A stretch of 64,000 nt of DNA. It comes from Nitrosarchaeum sp. Its GTDB lineage: Archaea; Thermoproteota; Nitrososphaeria; Nitrososphaerales; Nitrosopumilaceae. Below the pieces are notes generated by a model. The model searched no databases and was not told where the DNA came from. It worked only from the letters and a program-made list of their open reading frames with translations. The DNA lies in contig JAIOOR010000020.1 in NCBI GenBank assembly GCA_021414365.1, forward strand, positions 3,339 through 67,338, given 5' to 3'. Shown here in pieces: positions 27,738-35,707 of the stretch (its first letter is position 1; each line of letters begins with the position of its first letter). The position numbers and the translations under genes are program-made.

Positions 27738-29061
27738 AACACTTTTTCACTAATTCTAATGTATTTTTCACAATTCTCTTGCATTTATCTACATTGTTTG
27801 ATTCAGCTGAAACTCTTATGATGTCTTCAGTATTTGATTTTCTGATCAACACCCAGCTGTCTTCATCTATTATTCCTTTAATTCCATCTTGAGTGATAAC
27901 TTCTGAGTATTCTTTTTCTAATACGTTTGAAACTTTTCCTATGACTCTATCATGAAATGTAGAGTCTACTTTGATCTTTTCTCTTTGCTGATTATAACTT
28001 TCCATAAAATCTAATATTTCATTAAATTTCGAATCACCTAACATCGAAGCTATAAGACCACTAGTTAGAATTCCTTCTCTACAATAATTAAATTCTGGTA
28101 AAATAAAACCGCCACTACTTCCTTCGCCTCCAGCTTGAGCATTTATTTTTAACATTAAATCTATTACATTTGCTTCTCCAACTTTTGATCTCTGAACATT
28201 TCCTCCTTTTTCTTTGATGAATTTTTCTATGGAGATACTTGTATCGATACTTAATACAAATTGTTTATACCCCAACTCTAAAGATTTTGCAATTCCTAAA
28301 CCTAATGTTACATCTGGGGTTTGTTTTTTTCCTTTCCTTACAACTACTAGCCGATCTCCATCTAAATCAAAAGCAAATCCTATTTCTTTTTTAGATGTTG
28401 CAGCGATCAAATCCTCCAAATTATCTGCAGTAGGATCTGGACCTCTGGTACAATTACTCAGGTTTTCGTTAATCACATTTACTTTACATCCTAATTGTCT
28501 TAACAAATTTGGAGCAAATTCCTTTGCAGCTCCTCCCCCAATATCAATAACAATGTCTGGATTATTTTCTATATTTCCTATGAGTTTTTTTGCATCTTCT
28601 AGATATGAGGATGTTATTTTTTCTTCATTTCCAATTCTTGATTTTGGAATTTCTTGGTTTTCAATGATTATTGGTAATTCTTTTTCATTAATTCCCCTTC
28701 CATTTATGATAAATTTTATCCCATTCCATTCCAATGGATTGTGTGATGAAGTAATCACTATTCCAGCTCCGTATTTTCTTGATTCTCTAAAAACTACTGG
28801 AGTTGGCACTGTTTCTAAATTGTAAATGTTTATTCCATTTTTCATTAATGCAGACGATGCAATTTCTTTGATCATCGTTCCTGATGGTCTTGTATCTTTT
28901 CCTATCACACACTTTTTCGACTCGATTAGAGATGAAAAATTATTACAAAATTGTAATGCATCTTTTAGATTAAAATCGTCTCCAAACACCCCTCTAATTC
29001 CAGAAATTGTTTTTTTCATTTGATCCCACTCGGAAAGGCTTTTTATTAACTCTGATGGCAT
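27721..29061 (-). CDS. phosphohexomutase (phosphoglucosamine/phosphomannomutase family)
   Basis: GIRG, active-site loop ITSSHNP, metal loop FDLDGDR, and GGEGSGG. Confidence 0.8.
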   Translation of the reverse strand: MPSELIKSLSEWDQMKKTISGIRGVFGDDFNLKDALQFCNNFSSLIESKKCVIGKDTRPSGTMIKEIASSALMKNGINIYNLETVPTPVVFRESRKYGAGIVITSSHNPLEWNGIKFIINGRGINEKELPIIIENQEIPKSRIGNEEKITSSYLEDAKKLIGNIENNPDIVIDIGGGAAKEFAPNLLRQLGCKVNVINENLSNCTRGPDPTADNLEDLIAATSKKEIGFAFDLDGDRLVVVRKGKKQTPDVTLGLGIAKSLELGYKQFVLSIDTSISIEKFIKEKGGNVQRSKVGEANVIDLMLKINAQAGGEGSSGGFILPEFNYCREGILTSGLIASMLGDSKFNEILDFMESYNQQREKIKVDSTFHDRVIGKVSNVLEKEYSEVITQDGIKGIIDEDSWVLIRKSNTEDIIRVSAESNNVDKCKRIVKNTLELVKKCYDDIK

Positions 29062-29072
29062 AACCGAAAAGT

Positions 29073-29146
29073 GCCTTGGTAGCTCAGCCTGGTAGAGCGA
29101 ACGCCTCGTAAGCGTTAGGTCGTGGGGTCGGAGCCCACCCGAGGCT
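29073..29146 (+). tRNA. tRNA-Thr (CGU) with a non-canonical T-loop
   Basis: Hand fold: acceptor GCCUUGG/CCGAGGC, D arm GCUC/GAGC, anticodon arm AACGC-CUCGUAA-GCGUU, variable loop AGGUC, T arm GUGGG-GUCGGAG-CCCAC, discriminator U. Confidence 0.8.
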
Positions 29147-29308
29147 TTATAATATTTTTTAAAATTTTAATTTTTTTTAAATATTTTTAATCATCAAACG
29201 TTTCGATATCTATCTCTAATTCTTTTCCTAACCCTTTCCACCATTGTTTCGTTTCGTTCTCCATACTCCCTTCATAATTACATCGAATTCTCCTTTATAG
29301 ATCTGTCG

Positions 29309-29329
29309 GTTGATCAAATATTGATCAAC
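29309..29329. promoter_or_regulatory. perfect 9-bp inverted repeat (GTTGATCAA-ATA-TTGATCAAC), a possible operator or terminator
   Basis: Seen directly in an intergenic region about 30 nt downstream of the small minus-strand ORF 29360-29536. Confidence 0.25.
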
Positions 29330-29359
29330 TCTTTATGACCTTCCTATTTTGAATATTTT

Positions 29360-29536
29360 TTAAACTGTTCTGTTTTCTTTTTGTCTTATCTTTTTTCTAT
29401 AAATTATAATTGCAAGGGTTCCAACTGCACATCCAAAAAATACCGGCCATCGTAATTCATTTCCTATCATTCCTACATAAGAATAAATCGTACCTCCAAT
29501 CAAAGCAAATCCGATCAATTCAAGAGTTTTAATCAT
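29360..29536 (-). CDS. possible 58-aa two-helix membrane protein (not in the ORF track)
   Basis: ATG ORF MIKTLELIGFALIGGTIYSYVGMIGNELRWPVFFGCAVGTLAIIIYRKK... Confidence 0.3.
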   Translation of the reverse strand: MIKTLELIGFALIGGTIYSYVGMIGNELRWPVFFGCAVGTLAIIIYRKKIRQKENRTV

Positions 29537-29598
29537 AATTTTTCTATTACTCGACAGTTAAATTAAAAAGATATATGGTTTTGTAAATCATAATTCTT

Positions 29599-29811
29599 GT
29601 GGATAAATATCTTCTAGTCATCATGGTTTTTCTTATTGTGTCAATTCCAATAGCATTTGTATCGCCTACTACGGGTCAAATTCGAGAACATCCGTTTATT
29701 TCATTGTTTTATGCGTCAATTGGAGGATTAATTGTGATTATTCTTTACAGCTCGTATAAGGATAGAAAACAACGACAGAAAGACAATATAAAAAGAAGAT
29801 CGAAAAAATAA
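29599..29811 (+). CDS. small membrane protein (70 aa)
   Basis: Two hydrophobic helices and a basic C-terminus. GTG start. Confidence 0.4.
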   Translation: MDKYLLVIMVFLIVSIPIAFVSPTTGQIREHPFISLFYASIGGLIVIILYSSYKDRKQRQKDNIKRRSKK

Positions 29812-29814
29812 ATT

Positions 29815-30096
29815 TTATAATTCTAATCCAAAAGATTCTGCAATACTTGCAAACTTTGCATAAGATTGCAAATACTGTCTTCCTTTCTCAGTTATTACAA
29901 ATGTATTTTTATTGTCAAATTCTATTTTATTGATTAATCCAGAACCTGTTAAATTCTCCAAAAATTTTGATAATCTGGAATGTGATAGATTTGCTTTTGT
30001 TAGTAATGATGTTGTTTTGATACCTTGTTGACCTGACTGTTCAGTAGCAGTCAATAGATCTGCAACTATTTGCATGCTTGTTCTATAAGATACCAT
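29815..30096 (-). CDS. small winged-helix DNA-binding protein (paralog of 36472-36759)
   Basis: YRTSMQIVADLL...KANLSHSRLSKFLENLTGSGLI...ITEKGRQYLQSY..F....FGL. Same pattern and length as the second copy. Confidence 0.7.
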   Translation of the reverse strand: MVSYRTSMQIVADLLTATEQSGQQGIKTTSLLTKANLSHSRLSKFLENLTGSGLINKIEFDNKNTFVITEKGRQYLQSYAKFASIAESFGLEL

Positions 30097-30181
30097 GTGA
30101 TAATTAGTATAAACCCAAGATATAAGGGTATTACCATTAATTCAGATCAGATAAATACACTCTTGCCTGATTTTTACTGTA

Positions 30182-30766
30182 TTGACTCCCCAATCCCCAG
30201 TTCCATGGTTTGATAGTTTCGTGGGTGTTGCTTATCGATATTATGATCTTAGAATGAATATAGTTCCTTTATTTGCTGATCGAAAAGAGGCTTCAACTAT
30301 TTGGCATGATACTATTCATTGGTGGCTAGACTCATCGATAAAGGTTAGATTTGTTGAGATCGGTGATGAATACTGGATTATTATTGGTTCAGACTCTCAA
30401 CGCCCTGAATCTAATTTTTCTTTTTTCAAGATTTTGCAAAAATCTGAAAATTATGAACGATTCAAAAAAGGACATGATGGCGAAGCATATCTACGATTGG
30501 GAGTTTATACAAAAAAGCAACGGAAGGATGTAAAAAATGATGAATTATGTGATTGTGGACATGCAGCAGAAGATCATGATGAGGGTGATGATGATGTATG
30601 TTTGTACAATGACTGTAATTGTAAAAAATTTTCTAGTTTTCAAGTAAATTTACTAAAAAGAAAAAAAATAATCACTGATATTACATTTCTTGAAGAAAAA
30701 AATGTAAAAGAAGATCCGCTTGCATGGAATTGTTTTTATGTAAATAAATATTCAAAATCAGATTAA
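30182..30766 (+). CDS. hypothetical protein with a Cys/His/Asp-rich segment
   Basis: TTG start. CDCGHAAEDHDEGDDDVCLYNDCNCKKF could bind metal. No family recognised. Confidence 0.45.
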   Translation: MTPQSPVPWFDSFVGVAYRYYDLRMNIVPLFADRKEASTIWHDTIHWWLDSSIKVRFVEIGDEYWIIIGSDSQRPESNFSFFKILQKSENYERFKKGHDGEAYLRLGVYTKKQRKDVKNDELCDCGHAAEDHDEGDDDVCLYNDCNCKKFSSFQVNLLKRKKIITDITFLEEKNVKEDPLAWNCFYVNKYSKSD

Positions 30767-30768
30767 TT

Positions 30769-30933
30769 CTAATCTTCTTTGTTAACTCTTACATGACTTC
30801 CTGGATAGTGTTTATCGATCTTTTTTGAATAACAGTCTCCACATAATGGGCCTTTAATTCCCCACTCTTCCATGGGATTGAAGCGCAATGTTATTTTGTT
30901 GCTGCAAATTGTACATTTTTCTTTAGATCCCAA
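30769..30933 (-). CDS. possible 54-aa zinc-ribbon protein with a TTG start (not in the ORF track)
   Basis: (M)GSKEKCTICSNKITLRFNPMEEWGIKGPLCGDCYSKKIDKHYPGSHVRVNKED contains CxxC...CxxC. Confidence 0.3.
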   Translation of the reverse strand: MGSKEKCTICSNKITLRFNPMEEWGIKGPLCGDCYSKKIDKHYPGSHVRVNKED

Positions 30934-31100
30934 AGTGATTCTGTTCTCTTTAATCTATATAAAAAACATTCTAGATTTAGGAACATATTTAAAAAATCAT
31001 GTTAAATAATACTGGTTTATATGAATTCTAGGTGGATAGTCTGACCAATGTAAACCTCCTGCAAATTTTTACTTGGTTGGACTACTGCCTATTTTAAAAT

Positions 31101-32852
31101 CTAAAACAAGTTGTTTGCAAGTTTTTTTAAGAGTAAAATTTCTTCTTCTTCTTGCCTTATTTTTTTATCTACGACTCTAAGCATTGAATCATTCCATACA
31201 TGTTGTGAAAAGAAATTATGTTTTGTATTTGCTAGTTCTATTTCATCATCTACAACCGTATCTTCTAAAAATTTAGTCACTACAACATCTGCAATTTTTA
31301 AAATTCTTGAATTTAATTTAAAACTTCTAAATATTGGCTCCATTTTTCTTACATCACTTTTAAAATCTCCTTTAGTTTCTAGGATTTTTTTATGTAGGAT
31401 TCTAAAATAAACTCCAACATAAAACAGAGTTGCATATCTTTTTGTTTTGTGCCCACCTTGTTTTCCGTATTTTAATGTCTTTTTTGCATATTCTTTCACA
31501 AGATATGGATAAAGAAGAATTCTGTAATCATCTTTTAGATTATCATTGAATATGTCATCATATTTACTTCCTCTGGGAAGAAACTGTGCTGGAGAACTAT
31601 ATGCTTCTGTAGGTCTCTGTTCAATTCCTGCTACTAGTGCTTGAATAGCATCTTTTGCAACAATTACTTTTTTATGATTATCTGGGAGATATTCATTATA
31701 AGTAGAATCTCCTTCGTATTCAGATTGTTTTGATTTTGATTTTGTATCAAAAGATCCTGCTTGAATTTCATAAAAATATCCACAATTTTTTAATTGTGAT
31801 TTAATAGATTTATGAAAATCCATTAATGAAACAAGATCCTTTCCTCTAACCGAATTTTGAGAATTTCTATATTTTGTAATGTTGTTTTGTTCTTGTTCAT
31901 CATCTGCCTTGATTATTGTGACTGTCATAGATCCATCCATGTTTTTAGTTCGTTTTGAATGATCAAGAATTGAATTGGATGTTTGTGCTCCATTTACAAT
32001 CTGTGGTGCATGGAGTTCAATTATGTTATCTCCCAATTCTTCAAAATCACTTACTACGATTGTAATTCCATTATTATAATAGAAAAATTTTCCTGGATTA
32101 CTCTGAAGTGTTTCTCTTAATCCTTTGTTTACAGTTGTTTTAAATTGCATCCATTGTCTGATGTTTGATTCAAAAACATAGTCTCTATTCTTACTGACAA
32201 ATTCAGTTAACTCTCTCAATTTCAAAATCCCAAGAATCGTGTTTTCGTGCCTAAGCATTCTTTCTAACTTTATCGATGATCTTTTTCCAGCAGCGGGTTT
32301 TTTTATTCTCTCCCATAATTTTTGAATAATCTTTTCAATGTCTATTATTTCAATTAAATCATCTTGATATTCTACTTTTTGATCTGTAACATAACAACAT
32401 TTTATTTTTAGATTCTTTTCTTTAATTTTTGTAACAAGTTGCGCTAATTCTGGCCTCATTTTTGATATGTCTTTGTCGAGTAAACGTTTTGCATCTTCTT
32501 TAAACTTGGCAATTGCTTCAAATGAATGAGATGTTCCATATTTTGACTGAAATAGTCGAATAGTGTTATCTGAAAAATCTACTGGAAGATATGCATCAAT
32601 ACCTAGATCGTTTGCACCATCTACAATTGCATCTGCAGCATCATCTTCTGTAGCCTCAAAAACTCGTGTGAGGACCCACTGAAGAAAATTATTTCCTTTT
32701 TCTACTTCACTTTTTGAATCTTCAGCATATTCTTGAATGCTTCCTCTGACATTTTCTGCAAATCCTTCTAATGGTACGCTAGAATTTTTTTGAACTAAAA
32801 GAGCATGTGAACCTGGAATATACTCTAATAATCCGTTACCGTTTTGAGCCAA
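31101..32852 (-). CDS. AIPR-family (abortive infection phage resistance) protein
   Basis: N-terminal DGANDLGIDAY...IRLFQSKY (PD-(D/E)xK-like) and a central FFYYNNGITIV...QIVNGAQTSNSI block, both characteristic of AIPR proteins. Confidence 0.75.
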   Translation of the reverse strand: MAQNGNGLLEYIPGSHALLVQKNSSVPLEGFAENVRGSIQEYAEDSKSEVEKGNNFLQWVLTRVFEATEDDAADAIVDGANDLGIDAYLPVDFSDNTIRLFQSKYGTSHSFEAIAKFKEDAKRLLDKDISKMRPELAQLVTKIKEKNLKIKCCYVTDQKVEYQDDLIEIIDIEKIIQKLWERIKKPAAGKRSSIKLERMLRHENTILGILKLRELTEFVSKNRDYVFESNIRQWMQFKTTVNKGLRETLQSNPGKFFYYNNGITIVVSDFEELGDNIIELHAPQIVNGAQTSNSILDHSKRTKNMDGSMTVTIIKADDEQEQNNITKYRNSQNSVRGKDLVSLMDFHKSIKSQLKNCGYFYEIQAGSFDTKSKSKQSEYEGDSTYNEYLPDNHKKVIVAKDAIQALVAGIEQRPTEAYSSPAQFLPRGSKYDDIFNDNLKDDYRILLYPYLVKEYAKKTLKYGKQGGHKTKRYATLFYVGVYFRILHKKILETKGDFKSDVRKMEPIFRSFKLNSRILKIADVVVTKFLEDTVVDDEIELANTKHNFFSQHVWNDSMLRVVDKKIRQEEEEILLLKKLANNLF

Positions 32853-32927
32853 TTGGTTTTTCTAATATGTTATATATTTAGAGAATTTGGTAATTACATA
32901 ATACCTCTCTACTATATGTGATGTAAT

Positions 32928-33341
32928 TTGGAAAAAAAAAGAATAATCCTTACCTTAATGATCATAATTATCGTAGGCATAACAACAGGAATTGTCTTAT
33001 TACAAAATTCTCATTTTGTTCAAGATTCTGATAAACTAAAAACTATCAAAGCTGATGTTGTAATGTCTACCAAAGTTTCACGTCCAGGATGCGAAAAAAC
33101 TGATTCCTGTTATACCCCATCAAAAATTGTAATAAAACAAGGTAACTCGGTTACTTGGGTAAATGAAGATTCTGCGTTTCACAGTGTGACTTCAGGTCAT
33201 TATAGCGAACCAAGTGGGCTTTTTGATAGCGGTTATTTAGATCCTGAGGAATCATTTACATTTATTTTTGAAAATGTTGGAACATATGATTATTTTTGTA
33301 CATTGCACCCTTGGATGAAGGGACAAGTAATTGTTGAATGA
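32928..33341 (+). CDS. membrane-anchored plastocyanin-like blue copper protein (cupredoxin)
   Basis: N-terminal TM helix. Type-1 Cu ligands: FHSVTSG and CTLHPWM. Confidence 0.8.
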   Translation: MEKKRIILTLMIIIIVGITTGIVLLQNSHFVQDSDKLKTIKADVVMSTKVSRPGCEKTDSCYTPSKIVIKQGNSVTWVNEDSAFHSVTSGHYSEPSGLFDSGYLDPEESFTFIFENVGTYDYFCTLHPWMKGQVIVE

Positions 33342-33355
33342 TTTAAAATATTGAA

Positions 33356-33427
33356 AGGTACCCGAGGGAGTCGAACCCCCTTGTATAAGCTTTGCAGGCT
33401 CACGCATAACCGTTCTGCCAGAGTACC
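33356..33427 (-). tRNA. tRNA-Cys (GCA)
   Basis: Hand fold: acceptor GGUACUC/GGGUACC, anticodon arm UGAGC-CUGCAAA-GCUUA, T arm GGGGG-UUCGACU-CCCUC, discriminator U73 (a Cys identity element). Confidence 0.85.
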
Positions 33428-33472
33428 GTTTTAAAAAATACGAAATGAATAATTAAACTCTTTAGATTAAAA

Positions 33473-33688
33473 TCAAATAAATGGTTTTGAAGCTAGTTTG
33501 ATATCTTCGGCTTTGATTGTTTTTCTTCCTGCATGTAATGCCATATCTACAGCACTTTTTGCAATGTTATTAGCTAACTCTTCAATTATTCCTCTTAGTT
33601 CTTCTGCAGATTCATCGCTAACTCTCTCAGCACCTGATTTCTTTAATATTCTATACATTGCTGAAATACCAAGTTCAGATGATTTCAT
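33473..33688 (-). CDS. archaeal histone (HMf family)
   Basis: 71 aa. ...[54 protein letters not shown] is a histone fold. Confidence 0.85.
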   Translation of the reverse strand: MKSSELGISAMYRILKKSGAERVSDESAEELRGIIEELANNIAKSAVDMALHAGRKTIKAEDIKLASKPFI

Positions 33689-33781
33689 TGATTTTTCTTT
33701 TCTTTTTTCCGATAAAAGATTGTGAGTAAAAAAATATCACCAAGGAATCGATTTATACAGACTATTTTAAAACTTTAATCA

Positions 33782-34537
33782 TTGGCTTGGCTATATGATT
33801 CTCACATTCATTTATCTGATCCATCCTATCAATCTGATTTGGATTATACCTTTAATGGTATGAAAAATATGAAAATCAAAGCTTGTTGCGTATCTGTAGA
33901 TACTGAAACATCCAAAAGAACTTTGGAGATTGGAAAAAAGAGCAAACTCGTTTTGCCTTTCATTGGAATACATCCAGAAAACACAAATGATAATCTAGAA
34001 TTAATGACAGAACTAATCATTGAAAATCAGCACCTTATTTCAGGTATTGGAGAGATTGGGTTAGATCCTACATATGTAAAATCAAATGAAGACACTAAAC
34101 TACAAATCCATTTCTTTGAAACCTTCCTTTCTTTAGCAGAAAAATTTCAAAAACCTGTTTCAATACACTCACGGAAAAGTCTTGATGATATATTTTCTAT
34201 AATGACTTCCTATGATATTAAACATGCATTACTTCATTGGTTTGATGGAAGTAAAAAGCAACTTCAAAGAGCGATGGATATGGATTATTTTGTCTCATAT
34301 GGGCCTGTTATGATTTATGCTGGTGATAAACAGACATTATTGTCTAAAACAACCGAAACAAAAATTCTCGTAGAAACTGACGGTCCTGTACGATTCTCTA
34401 GGTGTTTTGCAATGAAATCTGGACAAGTAAGTTTTATTCCAAGTGTTGTATTTTGTGCCTCAAAAATACTTGATAAATCATATGATGAAATGACTATATT
34501 ATTAGAGAACAATTCAAAGTCATTTCTTGGAATATAG
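33782..34537 (+). CDS. TatD-family metal-dependent hydrolase
   Basis: YDSHIHL, GEIGLD, SIHSR and LHWF motifs. TTG start. Confidence 0.8.
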   Translation: MAWLYDSHIHLSDPSYQSDLDYTFNGMKNMKIKACCVSVDTETSKRTLEIGKKSKLVLPFIGIHPENTNDNLELMTELIIENQHLISGIGEIGLDPTYVKSNEDTKLQIHFFETFLSLAEKFQKPVSIHSRKSLDDIFSIMTSYDIKHALLHWFDGSKKQLQRAMDMDYFVSYGPVMIYAGDKQTLLSKTTETKILVETDGPVRFSRCFAMKSGQVSFIPSVVFCASKILDKSYDEMTILLENNSKSFLGI

Positions 34538-34568
34538 GTATAAAAAACCCTAATCCGTTACACGAGCA

Positions 34569-34886
34569 ATGGATAGAATTAAGCGTCTTTCTTATGAAGT
34601 ACTAGTTGATCACAAACCAAAGTTTGGAGAAGATTTTGCTGATAACAAGAAAGTATTAGATCAAATAGCAATAATTCGTTCAAAAGGACTTAAAAATGAA
34701 ATTGCAGGTTATATCACTAAATTCATTAAAAAAGAAATACGTGAAGAAAAAGTAAAACAATCTCAAATCGAATCTTCTAAAATTGATAATCACACATTAA
34801 AAGAAAAAGTTTCTGAAGGTGATGATGTTCAAGAAGTTATCGAAATGGTATCCGAACCAGAAACAAGTGAAGATACAGAAGAATAA
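34569..34886 (+). CDS. rps17e: 30S ribosomal protein eS17 with an acidic tail
   Basis: ...FGEDFADNKKVLDQIAIIRSKGLKNEIAGYITKFIK matches the eS17 core. Confidence 0.85.
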   Translation: MDRIKRLSYEVLVDHKPKFGEDFADNKKVLDQIAIIRSKGLKNEIAGYITKFIKKEIREEKVKQSQIESSKIDNHTLKEKVSEGDDVQEVIEMVSEPETSEDTEE

Positions 34887-34933
34887 TTGTATAACGACCA
34901 AACAATTAATTTCAATGTTATTAATGTGATTTT

Positions 34934-35707
34934 ATGATAATGATTAAACTTGTAGGAGGTGCAAAAAAATCATTTTCTACTAGCGAATTAAAAATTGATA
35001 AATCCGATATTTCTATTCAACAACTTCTTGATTTACTATTGGAGTTAAAGCCATCTGACACTCCTAACTTAGATGTTGAAAATATTCTGATAGCAATCAA
35101 CGGTTCAGACTCCTCTGCCATGGAAGGAAAAATGACTAAAATAAAAAACAATGATGTGGTAAGTATTATTCCTGTTATTCATGGTGGTTCTTCTAAAAGA
35201 TTAATTTTCCATATTTCAAACAAGTTAATTCAAGTAATGGAAATTCAAGGTCAAAAACAAATTGATATTACTTACCTTGATACTCTCAGAAAAAAATTTC
35301 CAAAAATTAAACTTCAAGCTGTATCAAGTAACTTCGTGCTAAATAACTATCATTTAAAAAAAATAATTGGATTATCTGTTACTTCAGATAAAAATAATAC
35401 ATTACTTTCAAACAAACTTGAAACAGATCTTTTGATGCGCTTTGCAATTTCACTACAAATCTCTCATGCAATTGATTCTGTGGGTATCAAGCCAAAACAG
35501 AATTTCATGTTAATTGCGCAAGGAAATAAAAAGACACTAGATTCACTTTATAAAGAATTGAGTTTCATGTCCGTTAAAATATTCTCTAAAGATAATGCTG
35601 CTTTCATTAGAAAATATTTTAAAATAACTGACAAACAATTAGATGCTGTTTTATCAAAAAATCCCCTTGAAGATATATTGATAGAAAAAGCAGCAATTTT
35701 ATTCTGA
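34934..35707 (+). CDS. fusion of a MoaD/ThiS/Urm1-like beta-grasp domain (ending VIHGG) to KEOPS subunit Cgi121
   Basis: Residues 1-85: ILIAINGSD....DVVSIIPVIHGG (Ubl signature). Residues 90-257 align by eye with archaeal Cgi121 (LQAVSSNFVLNNYHL.., LLMRFAISLQISHAIDSVGIKP..NFMLIA, IRKYFKI, IEKAAILF). Confidence 0.65.
   Translation: MIMIKLVGGAKKSFSTSELKIDKSDISIQQLLDLLLELKPSDTPNLDVENILIAINGSDSSAMEGKMTKIKNNDVVSIIPVIHGGSSKRLIFHISNKLIQVMEIQGQKQIDITYLDTLRKKFPKIKLQAVSSNFVLNNYHLKKIIGLSVTSDKNNTLLSNKLETDLLMRFAISLQISHAIDSVGIKPKQNFMLIAQGNKKTLDSLYKELSFMSVKIFSKDNAAFIRKYFKITDKQLDAVLSKNPLEDILIEKAAILF

Noticed and set aside
28214-28825. Long antisense or alternate-frame ORFs in the track: 28214-28825, 28826-29023, 27133-27501, 9891-10226, 14966-15328, 53086-53436, 59688-60050, 39214-39564, 25137-25484, 50423-50824, 31111-31410, 36842-37129, 37289-37537, 1883-2068, 2431-2646.
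   Set aside because: Each lies inside a gene with strong family signatures on the other strand or frame. Their translations are low-complexity (S/F/L/I-rich), typical of shadow ORFs in AT-rich DNA.
29147-33355. Calling the tRNA-bounded stretch an integrated mobile element.
   Set aside because: No integrase, recombinase or transposase ORF and no duplicated tRNA 3'-end (att) sequence were found. It is reported only as a candidate variable region.
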